From positions 28,502-92,501 of the forward strand of contig CACJAV010000004.1 in assembly GCA_902591485.1 (NCBI GenBank): DNA of 64,000 nucleotides, given 5' to 3'. The notes under the pieces are model-generated. The model was given only the letters and a program-made list of their open reading frames with translations. It made no database searches and was not told the origin of the DNA. This document shows, piece by piece, positions 46,228-55,055 of the stretch. Source of the stretch: an uncultured Alphaproteobacteria bacterium. Its GTDB lineage: Bacteria; Pseudomonadota; Alphaproteobacteria; HIMB59; GCA-002718135. Position numbers and translations under genes: made by a program. The stretch's first letter is position 1. Each line of letters opens with the position of its first letter.

Positions 46228-46418
46228 CTTAATGTGCATGCCATGTCGGCTCCACAACACATTGGTGATTTAATTTTTCCATGCCCTACAGGACATTTAG
46301 AAATTTGCACTTCAGATCCATCATCTTTTTTTAATACATCATTTTCAAGAGGTTTATTGCACTTTCCACATGTTGCATTGACTGACATACCACAAGTCTT
46401 ACATTCATAAGTTGCCAT
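46224..46418 (-). CDS. Cysteine-rich 64-aa metal-binding-type miniprotein, unknown function
   Basis: The sequence is MATYECKTCGMSVNATCGKCNKPLEND...KCPVGHGKIKSPMCCGADMACTLS. It has 9 Cys and 1 His with two CxxC knuckles. It is the last gene of the long minus-strand locus. Its stop overlaps the hydrolase stop (TTAA). Confidence 0.7.
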   Translation of the reverse strand: MATYECKTCGMSVNATCGKCNKPLENDVLKKDDGSEVQISKCPVGHGKIKSPMCCGADMACTLS

Positions 46419-46467
46419 ACTATCTCCTTTCTGAAATTATATTTTTAGTTTTAATTAAAGTAAATAG

Positions 46468-47571
46468 TTAATTAATCTCAGAAACTCTATATTCTGATGT
46501 TTCTAGCCAATTTGGATTAATCTCAACTCCCCATCCAGGTTTATCAGTTATATTAACACAGCCATTTTTTACTTCAAAAGGATGATCTAGAAATAATTGC
46601 TGCTGCCATGGATAATAATCTTCACCCTCAATAGATAGTTCTAAATATGGGCCTGCGTTCGGTATAGCTTTCAGTAAATGCATTGTGCAAATTGTAACGA
46701 GAGACAAATTAGCTGCATGAGGCGTACAAATATATCCACCCTCCTCAATTATTTTTGCAACTTGAAGAGTTCTAGTTAAACCTCCTAAATACATTACATC
46801 AGGCTGAAAGATATTTACTATTCTTCTATCAACCATATCTTTCCAAATACGTAAATCACAATCTTGTTCACCGCCTGTAACATCAATCGATAAAGCATCA
46901 GTAACTTTTTTTGTTTGCTCTGGCTCCCAATAGGGGCAGGGCTCCTCAAAATGAGAAACATTATTATCTTCTAAAAGTTTTCCAATTTCAATTGCCTGAT
47001 CTGATGAATAGCAACTATTTGCATCAACCAGTTTTTTAACTGATTTATCTAGTGATTTATTAATTGTCTGTACAATATCTTCTGTTCTGCCTTCCCACTC
47101 ATCAAGGCCTCTACCGCATTCAGCGCCTATTCTAAATTTAAACGCATCAATGCCTTGCTCTTGAAAAAGTTGCTTAAATCTCTCAGCTTCATCAATTGGT
47201 GAGATATCTCTCTTCATAGATGAGCCATAAACTTTCAAGGCTCCAGACTTTCCACCTATTAGTGAAGTAACTGGTTTGTTTTGCATTTTGCCTTTTAAAT
47301 CCCACAAAGATGTATCTAAACCTGCAATTGCTCTTAATAAGTATGATCCTGGAAATTTATGTTCTTTTTCTAATACTAAGTTTTCGATATCATTAAAATC
47401 TTCCCATGATTTGTTCAGAATCCAAGGCGCAACCTGTTTGTGAAATATTTGTACAGTAATATCTGCATGATAAGTTGACATTTGTCCAAAGCCAACTGAG
47501 CCATCTTCTAATGTAGTTTTAACAAAACTAACAAATGGCTTTGTAAAAGTTTCTAATTTTTTTATTTTCAT
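46468..47571 (-). CDS. Enolase-superfamily enzyme (mandelate racemase/muconate lactonizing family, probable acid-sugar dehydratase)
   Basis: 367 aa. AGLDTSLWDLKGK, VDAN..Y, FEEP and GGEQD metal-ligand pattern are present. Confidence 0.85.
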   Translation of the reverse strand: MKIKKLETFTKPFVSFVKTTLEDGSVGFGQMSTYHADITVQIFHKQVAPWILNKSWEDFNDIENLVLEKEHKFPGSYLLRAIAGLDTSLWDLKGKMQNKPVTSLIGGKSGALKVYGSSMKRDISPIDEAERFKQLFQEQGIDAFKFRIGAECGRGLDEWEGRTEDIVQTINKSLDKSVKKLVDANSCYSSDQAIEIGKLLEDNNVSHFEEPCPYWEPEQTKKVTDALSIDVTGGEQDCDLRIWKDMVDRRIVNIFQPDVMYLGGLTRTLQVAKIIEEGGYICTPHAANLSLVTICTMHLLKAIPNAGPYLELSIEGEDYYPWQQQLFLDHPFEVKNGCVNITDKPGWGVEINPNWLETSEYRVSEIN

Positions 47572-49187
47572 TTATTGTATTGTTTTAGTTCTTCTAAAAT
47601 TAATTTACTAGATAAATATGATAACATCATAACTGGGGCATTGATATTACCTGAAGTTATATTTGGCATAATGGATGCATCAACTATCCATAAATTCTCT
47701 AAACCGTGAACTTTTAATTTATCTGAAACAACGCCTGAGTTAATGTCTTTACTCATACGGCAAGTACCACAAGGATGATAAATGGTAGTTGCCATTGACT
47801 TAAAATGATCGAGCAATTCCTTATCACTTGCTTTGATTGGGTCTATATTTATGGGTGCTTTTATAATATTATTAATATGCTTATTAGATGAAAATTTTCG
47901 TACAAAATCAAACGCTGAGTACAAATCATGAATATCTCTCTCATCACTCAAATAATTTGGGTTTATACTTGGATAATATTCTTCATTTTCAAGTCTCAGC
48001 TTAACTTCCCCTAAACTTTTAGGCCTACAAGAATTAAAGCCTATAATAAAACCACTAAATTTATCAGTCTTAAGTAATGGTCTTTTATTTTTATAAGATA
48101 CCGAATAAGTCAGTGGATTAAAATATAATTGAATATTTGGATAAGGATCGAGAGATTTCCAATTAATATATCCACCTCCTTGATTTAGACTTAAAGATAG
48201 GGGTCCTTTTCTATTATAAAAGTATCTTAAAACTGTTTTAATTCTGCCAGTCCAAGTGCCTAATTCGTCATTTAATGTTGGCATGTGAGTTTTATATAAA
48301 TAGTCTAAACCTAAATGATCCTGAAAGTTTTTTCCTACATGAGGGCTGTTAAATTGAACAGGTATATTGTATTGACGTAATTCCTCTGCTTTACCAATCC
48401 CAGATTTAAGTAAAAGATATGGAGTCATTATAGACCCACTTGATAATATTGTGCCTATGTTGGGTTTAATGACTATTATTTTTTTTTTGTGTTTAATTTT
48501 TAAGCTTGATATTTTTCTATTTTCAAAATTTAATTTTAAAACTTCAGTATTGGTTAAAATAGTAAGATTTGGATGATTTTTAATTGGTTTTAGAAAAATT
48601 TTTGCTGAAGAGGCTCTAAAACCATTAATAATATTAACATTATAATTACCTACTTGATCCTCAATAGAACTATTTAATTGACGATTAAATTGAAAATCAA
48701 AATCATTTGCCGCAGTAAAATAATTTTTTAATATTGAATGATGCTCATTGCTTACATCATTAACAGGTATTTTATTTATAGGGATTTTTTTTGATTTACC
48801 TTTGATTGGTACTTCAATTTTTTCATATGTATCTTTGATATTTTCCCAAGACCAACTTTTATTTAGATTCCAGTTTTCAAAATCAGTTTTTAAGCCACGA
48901 GCATATATCATTGCATTAATTGATCCAGAACCTCCAATTACTTTGCCTCGTGGATAGTATACTTCCCTATCATTTAATTTTTTTTGTTTTTCAGAATAAA
49001 AATTCCAATTCATTTTTTTATGAAAAAAAGTCATTCCATAACCAAGTGGAATTTGAATAACAGGGTGATTATCACTTGGACCTGCCTCTATTAAGAGAAC
49101 TTTTAAATTAGTATTATTTATTATTTGATTAGTTACAATACATCCAGCTGAACCAGCACCAACTATAACTATGTCAAAATTTTTCAA
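47568..49187 (-). CDS. GMC-family FAD oxidoreductase (choline/sugar dehydrogenase-like)
   Basis: 539 aa. DIVIVGAGSAGC, GKVIGGSGSINAM and the C-terminal HP.GTCRM motif are present. Confidence 0.9.
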   Translation of the reverse strand: MKNFDIVIVGAGSAGCIVTNQIINNTNLKVLLIEAGPSDNHPVIQIPLGYGMTFFHKKMNWNFYSEKQKKLNDREVYYPRGKVIGGSGSINAMIYARGLKTDFENWNLNKSWSWENIKDTYEKIEVPIKGKSKKIPINKIPVNDVSNEHHSILKNYFTAANDFDFQFNRQLNSSIEDQVGNYNVNIINGFRASSAKIFLKPIKNHPNLTILTNTEVLKLNFENRKISSLKIKHKKKIIVIKPNIGTILSSGSIMTPYLLLKSGIGKAEELRQYNIPVQFNSPHVGKNFQDHLGLDYLYKTHMPTLNDELGTWTGRIKTVLRYFYNRKGPLSLSLNQGGGYINWKSLDPYPNIQLYFNPLTYSVSYKNKRPLLKTDKFSGFIIGFNSCRPKSLGEVKLRLENEEYYPSINPNYLSDERDIHDLYSAFDFVRKFSSNKHINNIIKAPINIDPIKASDKELLDHFKSMATTIYHPCGTCRMSKDINSGVVSDKLKVHGLENLWIVDASIMPNITSGNINAPVMMLSYLSSKLILEELKQYNK

Positions 49188-49191
49188 AATC

Positions 49192-50214
49192 TTAATAAGT
49201 TTGGGTAACTTTTGTTAAATATCTAGGATTGTCAGGATCAAGTCCTTTTAATTGAGCGTATTTTACAATCCAAGGGTAAAACTTCGTCATAATTACAATT
49301 GAATCAAATTCAGATACATCGGAAGGTTGATAGTAAAAACTTTTATCAGACTTATTTTTTGAAGATATTTTGAAAATTAAATTTGTGTAATTTGCTATTT
49401 CCTCACTGTCTTTTTCTACAGTTTTGCCACTTTTATCATTCATGCTCAATATAAACAATTTAAACGAATCTTGTATAAGGCTTTTAGGACCATGCATTAC
49501 TTCTGCACTACTAAAAGGTTCTATCATTTCTTGACATAACTCTTTAAACTTAAGAGAAATTTCATTTGATAATGCAAAGCCAACACCTCTACCAATAATA
49601 AAGCCTGTATTGATCTGATTGTTAACGATATTGGGATCCCACTGATTGTCAGAGTCTTGAATAAGCATTTGCCCTAATTTCTTAATACTATCATTAATGT
49701 CTTTCTTGCCTTTAATAGAAAATACAAGTTTGATTAAAATTAATAATGTTTGTACAAATGATTTAGTAGCTGCAACACTTTTTTCTTCACCAGCAAACAT
49801 ATTAAAAAAATAATTTGTTTCATTTACAATCGGGCTTTTTTCATTGTTAGAAATTAAAATAGTTTTTGCACCCATAGATCTGCATTGTTTTTCACATTCT
49901 ATTAAATCTTTGCTTTTTCCTGACTGAGATATTACTATTACTAAAGCATCAGTAAAATTAAACGTAGAATTTTCAAGGGTAATTATAGAAGGTGGCATAC
50001 TATAAGATGGCAAACCAAGATACTTAGCAAAAATATATGAACTATACAAAGCAGCACAATCAGAGGTACCTCTTGCTATAGTGACTACATATTTAATTTT
50101 TTTCTGATTAATTAATTTTGATATTTCTAAATATGGATTATTATCTACATTAGAAAAATTTTCAATAACTGATGGAATGCTTAAAGCCTCATTTAATACC
50201 AAAGATTTACTCAT
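49192..50214 (-). CDS. Double-SIS-domain protein, GlmS-isomerase-like (NagB-II/AgaS-type amino-sugar-6-phosphate deaminase/isomerase)
   Basis: ARGTSD, ISQSGKSKD and VAATKSF motifs are present. The ATG at 50214 (MSKSLVLNEAL) overlaps the nagA stop (ATGAGTAA). The ORF-track start at 50229 is less likely. Confidence 0.75.
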   Translation of the reverse strand: MSKSLVLNEALSIPSVIENFSNVDNNPYLEISKLINQKKIKYVVTIARGTSDCAALYSSYIFAKYLGLPSYSMPPSIITLENSTFNFTDALVIVISQSGKSKDLIECEKQCRSMGAKTILISNNEKSPIVNETNYFFNMFAGEEKSVAATKSFVQTLLILIKLVFSIKGKKDINDSIKKLGQMLIQDSDNQWDPNIVNNQINTGFIIGRGVGFALSNEISLKFKELCQEMIEPFSSAEVMHGPKSLIQDSFKLFILSMNDKSGKTVEKDSEEIANYTNLIFKISSKNKSDKSFYYQPSDVSEFDSIVIMTKFYPWIVKYAQLKGLDPDNPRYLTKVTQTY

Positions 50215-51298
50215 TAATTTTAATTCCATTTAAATATATTTCTTTTAAATTAAAATTTTTATCAAGAACTAAAATATTTGAAATTTTATTTTTACCCAAA
50301 TATCCCAAATCATCTATACCCAAGTATTTTGCTGCATTGAAACTTGTCATTTTAACTATATCATTTAATGAAAAGTTTAATTGTTTTAGATTTAAAAAAG
50401 TATCGTGCATATTAATTATACTTCCTGCTAGTGAATTTGTACCTTCTAAAACAGCAATTTTATCTTTTTTTTCAACCTTAGTATTAAAAAAATTATAAAC
50501 ACCATTTTTTAATCCTGTTGCTCCCATAGCGTCTGTAACTGCATATAAATTTTCAATACATTTTTTTGCAATCTTAATTGACTCTTTGCTAACATGATTA
50601 AAATCACATATAATTTCAGCAAATGATCCTAAATCTAATGCGGCAGTTAGAACGCCTGAACTTCTATGGTGATTTCCAGACATTGCATTATAAAGATGAG
50701 TAAAGCCTATATTATAATTACTCATAAACCTTGCACAACAATCATAATCTGCAAGCGAATGACCAAACTGAATTTTTATTCCAAGTTTATTTGCTTCCTC
50801 TATAAAATAGTCCATGCCGTCTAGTTCTGGTGCAAGCGTAATGACTTTTATTGGGGCTAGGTCTTGTAATTTTTTTACAAAATCAACAGAAGGATTTATA
50901 GCTAGGGGTGGTTGAGCTCCAAGTTTATTAGGATTAATAAATGGCCCTTCAAGATGCACACCTAAGATATTAGAATTTTCTTTATTGTAATTTTCAAATC
51001 CTTTGAGTGCATTAAAAGTATGTTCAAAAGTGCTAGTCCAAGTAGTAGGTAAAATTGATGTAGTTCCTTTTTTCAAATGATAATCAGTCATTTTTTTTAT
51101 AGAGTCCCAACCATCCATTGTATCAAAGCCATTAGCTCCATGACAGTGAAGATCTATAAAACCAGGAATTATAAAATCATTTGTTTTTATATTTAATTTA
51201 TTAATTTTATTAATTTTTTGATCAAATATAATTTCACCACTAAATGTTTCATCAAAATTAATTATATTTCCTTTTATTGATATCAATTTTTTACTCAA
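50207..51298 (-). CDS. nagA: N-acetylglucosamine-6-phosphate deacetylase
   Basis: 363 aa. PGFIDLHCHGANGFD, HLEGPF, THLYNAM and TDAMGA motifs are present. Confidence 0.9.
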   Translation of the reverse strand: MSKKLISIKGNIINFDETFSGEIIFDQKINKINKLNIKTNDFIIPGFIDLHCHGANGFDTMDGWDSIKKMTDYHLKKGTTSILPTTWTSTFEHTFNALKGFENYNKENSNILGVHLEGPFINPNKLGAQPPLAINPSVDFVKKLQDLAPIKVITLAPELDGMDYFIEEANKLGIKIQFGHSLADYDCCARFMSNYNIGFTHLYNAMSGNHHRSSGVLTAALDLGSFAEIICDFNHVSKESIKIAKKCIENLYAVTDAMGATGLKNGVYNFFNTKVEKKDKIAVLEGTNSLAGSIINMHDTFLNLKQLNFSLNDIVKMTSFNAAKYLGIDDLGYLGKNKISNILVLDKNFNLKEIYLNGIKINE

Positions 51299-51309
51299 TT
51301 CTAATAAAT

Positions 51310-52038
51310 TTATAAATGAGGATTATTTTTTCTAAATTTATTTTCAAGTTTATTATTATTTCTATCTGCATTTGGCATATTTGAACTTATATAAAAAGGA
51401 AATATTTTTTCTAATTTTAACATATCAGCTACCTCTATTAATATTGAATTTAAAATAAATGAACCTGTAATAGTTGATACAGGGCCAACACTAAATTTAT
51501 TTATATTTATAACTGAGTCGCCAGGAGGTATTTTATTATCAATATACACATCTACTATTTCGTATAATCTTTTATTTAAATCTGAAAGAGGTGCTTTTTT
51601 TGAATATTTTACAGAAGTTAAAGCAATACTTTTAATTTTTTTTTGTTTTGCTATCATTGCTGCCTCTACAGGCGCATGATTTACACCTGAATTGGAAACA
51701 ATCATTAAGATATCTTTATTAGTTATTTTATACTTACTAAGTGCTTTTTTTGCAATATTTGGAGTTCTTTCTAAGGAAGTAGCTTTTTTTGCTCCTTTTT
51801 TAAAAGTAAGATTATCATCTCTTATAGGGCACGCTGCAGCAAACCCTCCAGCTCGGTGAAAAGCTTCTTCACCTAAAAGTCTAGAGTGCCCTGTACCAAA
51901 AATATATAATTGACCTCCTCTTTTGTAAGAGTCTCTAATTAGTTTAGCGCTACTTAAAATTTTGTTTTTTTCTTCTTTTAATATTTTATCTAATAATGAG
52001 TTGATTTTAGTTAAATAATTTTTAGTTAATCTACTCAT
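51310..52038 (-). CDS. Single-SIS-domain protein (UPF0309-like sugar-phosphate isomerase/binding protein)
   Basis: 242 aa. GGQLYIFGTGHSRLL and VSNSGVN motifs are present. Confidence 0.7.
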   Translation of the reverse strand: MSRLTKNYLTKINSLLDKILKEEKNKILSSAKLIRDSYKRGGQLYIFGTGHSRLLGEEAFHRAGGFAAACPIRDDNLTFKKGAKKATSLERTPNIAKKALSKYKITNKDILMIVSNSGVNHAPVEAAMIAKQKKIKSIALTSVKYSKKAPLSDLNKRLYEIVDVYIDNKIPPGDSVININKFSVGPVSTITGSFILNSILIEVADMLKLEKIFPFYISSNMPNADRNNNKLENKFRKNNPHL

Positions 52039-52053
52039 AAAATAGGAGAGTTT

Positions 52054-52075
52054 GCCGGGGCTTTATCGCCCCAGC
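52054..52075 (-). terminator. GC-rich stem-loop directly after the binding-protein gene (intra-operon attenuator or stabiliser)
   Basis: On the minus strand the hairpin is GCTGGGGC-gataaa-GCCCCGGC, 11 nt past the stop. No U-tract follows. Confidence 0.4.
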
Positions 52076-52086
52076 ATTTTTAAAAT

Positions 52087-53298
52087 TTACTTGTATTCTT
52101 CCAACTCTTCAGCTGCTTCAGCAACTAAATCTGCAGGATCTCCTTCTTCAAGAATTGCTCCTTGAATCATTGAGTTCATAACAGATTGGAAAGCTTTGTA
52201 ATCAACAAATAATGGCTCTGGTCCACCATCGCCAATTGCATCAATAAACATCATCCAATAATCTTCATTATAAGGTGCTACTGAACCAATTTGTGGATAC
52301 TTCATTATTGGAGTTAATCCCCAATCAGTATCTAAACTGTATTGAGAGTCACCAGATGAAATTATACTAGCCAATGCCATTGCATGCTCTTCAACACCTG
52401 TATTATTGAAAACTGCAATACTATCAGTGATCAAAAGGGTACCTTGGCTACCTTGAGGACCAGCAGGAATTCTAACAGTCTCAACGTTAAGACCTTCCTT
52501 ATGCTGACCTCTACCCCATGGTCCGTTAATGTACATAGCAATTTTTTCATCGTTGAAAAGTTCAGTAAGCTGAGATCTCTCCCAAGCTAATGGACCTTCC
52601 TGCGCTACATTTGCAAGTTTTCCGTAAAAAGCTAATGTTTCAACTGTATTTGAAGAATTAAGAGTGATTTCATTAGTCATTGGATCAATAACTTGCCCAC
52701 CATTACTGTAAAGGTAATTCAAGAACTGGTGCATTGTATTATCAAAATCTTTTCCAGCTAAACCAATACCAGCAACACCGTCAACATTGTTAGTCACAGC
52801 TTCTGCCATTGAATATAATTCATCCCATGTTTGAGGGCCTTCACAAGCAACACCTGCTTGCTCTAGCAATCCACAATTCATGAAAAGAGCTTTAGTTGAA
52901 AACGCGTGAGGAAAACCCCAAGTTTTTCCCATATGCGTAACTGTATTTAAAATACCTGGCTGATACATTGCTTGCTGAGATGCTGGAATATTAGTTTCAA
53001 GAATATGTCCATTTTCTGCAAGTCCTTTTAAAGTTCTAGAACCTACATAAGAAAAAGCAACTGGATCACCAGCAATTGCAAGATTAATTACTTTGTCCTG
53101 ACATGTGCCCCAAGGAACTGCCTCTAGAGTTACATTAACGCCAGGATTATTCTTCATATACTCATCTGCTATTTCAACATAATTAGGTCTAAGTTCACTA
53201 CCACAGAAAACACCGTGAACGTCAGCAGCGTATGTTTTTAGGCCTGTAAGTGAAAATATCGTGATTATTAGAAATGAAGATAGTTTTTTTAAATTCAT
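52087..53298 (-). CDS. Carbohydrate ABC transporter substrate-binding protein (family 1)
   Basis: 403 aa with a signal peptide. GGAGG lies upstream. It has an acidic C-terminus and higher GC than its neighbours. Confidence 0.85.
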   Translation of the reverse strand: MNLKKLSSFLIITIFSLTGLKTYAADVHGVFCGSELRPNYVEIADEYMKNNPGVNVTLEAVPWGTCQDKVINLAIAGDPVAFSYVGSRTLKGLAENGHILETNIPASQQAMYQPGILNTVTHMGKTWGFPHAFSTKALFMNCGLLEQAGVACEGPQTWDELYSMAEAVTNNVDGVAGIGLAGKDFDNTMHQFLNYLYSNGGQVIDPMTNEITLNSSNTVETLAFYGKLANVAQEGPLAWERSQLTELFNDEKIAMYINGPWGRGQHKEGLNVETVRIPAGPQGSQGTLLITDSIAVFNNTGVEEHAMALASIISSGDSQYSLDTDWGLTPIMKYPQIGSVAPYNEDYWMMFIDAIGDGGPEPLFVDYKAFQSVMNSMIQGAILEEGDPADLVAEAAEELEEYK

Positions 53299-53374
53299 AT
53301 TTCCTCCATTATTATAAATTTACGATAACACTAAGTAGCAAGGTCAATCAAGTTAGATTTTGCTATATTTCAGA

Positions 53375-54214
53375 CTAATTTTTCACTGCCCCAGAGGTTA
53401 ATCCTTCAACAATGTATTTTTGAAGAAACAAAAAAACAATTAATACTGGTGCAATCCCTACAAGAGAAGCAGCCATCATTTCATTCCATTTTACAGTAGT
53501 ATAACCTATAAATTCATACAAACCTGAAGGAATTGGCATAAATTCTTTCTTTTGATTAAAAGTAATAGCAAATAGGAATTGTTGTGCATAAGCCCCAATG
53601 AAGGCATATATTCCAACCACTACTAATCCAGGGGTGCTTAAGGGAGCGATAATATGTCTTAAAATCTGAACACGTGATGCTCCATCAACAAATGCAGCTT
53701 CCTCAAGATCGACAGGTATTTTTTCAAAATAGGATTTGAGTAGCCAGATAGCTGTTGGAATTAAAAATGCTACACCAGGTACTATCATCGCCTGGTATGT
53801 ATTGAGCAGGCCAAAAGTTCTTAGTACTTTATATAATGGTATTAGAAGAACAGCACCTGAGAACATATTGATTGCTAATAACACGTACAAAGAAGTATTT
53901 TTGAAGGGAAAGCTAAACCTTGCATAAGAATATGCAGCTGGAATTACAAAAAGTAAAGTAATTATAGAAGTAGTTGTTGCAAGAAAAAAACTATTAAAAA
54001 TATATCGAGGTAACATTGGAACTGTATTCCACATTTCTCTGTAAGCCCAAAAAGATAAATCATCTGAAAAAAATTGATATGGTGATCGAAACAAATGATC
54101 AAGTGGTCGAAGAGATGCATAAAACATTTCTACAAAAGGAAGTAATATAAAAATTAAAAAAACAGTAATTGAAAAATATAAAAATATTTTTTCGTGAATT
54201 TTATATTTATTCAA
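53375..54214 (-). CDS. Sugar ABC permease, MalG-type, tandem copy B
   Basis: 279 aa. The EAA loop is EEAAFVDGASRVQILRHIIAPLS. It is about 90% identical to copy A by eye. Confidence 0.85.
   Translation of the reverse strand: MNKYKIHEKIFLYFSITVFLIFILLPFVEMFYASLRPLDHLFRSPYQFFSDDLSFWAYREMWNTVPMLPRYIFNSFFLATTTSIITLLFVIPAAYSYARFSFPFKNTSLYVLLAINMFSGAVLLIPLYKVLRTFGLLNTYQAMIVPGVAFLIPTAIWLLKSYFEKIPVDLEEAAFVDGASRVQILRHIIAPLSTPGLVVVGIYAFIGAYAQQFLFAITFNQKKEFMPIPSGLYEFIGYTTVKWNEMMAASLVGIAPVLIVFLFLQKYIVEGLTSGAVKN
53508..53746 (-). repeat. 239-bp tract 100% identical to 54349-54587
   Basis: Compared base by base with an offset of 841 bp. It encodes residues ~157-236, including the EAA loop. Flanks are only ~80% identical. 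Confidence 0.95.
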
Positions 54215-54215
54215 A

Positions 54216-55055
54216 CTAGTTTTTCACTGCACCTGCAGTTAATCCTTCAACAATATATTTTTGTAAAAAAATAAATAAAATTAGTACTGGCGCAATACCT
54301 ACTAAAGATGCAGCCATCATTTCATTCCATTTGACACTTTGGTATCCAATAAATTCATACAAACCTGAAGGAATTGGCATAAATTCTTTCTTTTGATTAA
54401 AAGTAATAGCAAATAGGAATTGTTGTGCATAAGCCCCAATGAAGGCATATATTCCAACCACTACTAATCCAGGGGTGCTTAAGGGAGCGATAATATGTCT
54501 TAAAATCTGAACACGTGATGCTCCATCAACAAATGCAGCTTCCTCAAGATCGACAGGTATTTTTTCAAAATAGGATTTGAGTAGCCAAATAGAAGTTGGA
54601 ATTAAAAATGCAACTCCTGGCACAATCATAGCCTGATAGCTATTTAAAAGACCTAACGTTCTTAACACTTTATATAGAGGAATTAAAAGTACAGCACCTG
54701 AGAACATATTAATTGCTAATAAAATATACAAAGAAGTATTTTTGAAGGGAAAGCTAAACCTTGCATAAGAATATGCTGCAGGGATAACAAAAAGCAAAGT
54801 GAGAATTGCTACTGAAGAAGCTAAGAAAAAGCTATTGAAAATATATCTACCTAATAAAGGCACAGTATTCCACATTTCTCTATAAGCCCAAAAAGACAAA
54901 TCGTCTGAATAAAATTGATATGGTGATCGAAACAAATGATCAAGCGGTCGAAGAGATGCATAAAACATTTCCACAAAAGGTAATAGAATAAATGTCATGA
55001 ATACAAATATTGCAGAATAAATAAATATTTTTTCTATAGTTGAGTACTTATCCAT
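54216..55055 (-). CDS. Sugar ABC permease, MalG-type, tandem copy A
   Basis: 279 aa. There is a 1-nt gap to copy B and an 8-nt ATGGATAA overlap with the MalF-type permease. Confidence 0.85.
   Translation of the reverse strand: MDKYSTIEKIFIYSAIFVFMTFILLPFVEMFYASLRPLDHLFRSPYQFYSDDLSFWAYREMWNTVPLLGRYIFNSFFLASSVAILTLLFVIPAAYSYARFSFPFKNTSLYILLAINMFSGAVLLIPLYKVLRTLGLLNSYQAMIVPGVAFLIPTSIWLLKSYFEKIPVDLEEAAFVDGASRVQILRHIIAPLSTPGLVVVGIYAFIGAYAQQFLFAITFNQKKEFMPIPSGLYEFIGYQSVKWNEMMAASLVGIAPVLILFIFLQKYIVEGLTAGAVKN
54349..54587 (-). repeat. 239-bp tract 100% identical to 53508-53746
   Basis: Same comparison as above. Confidence 0.95.
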
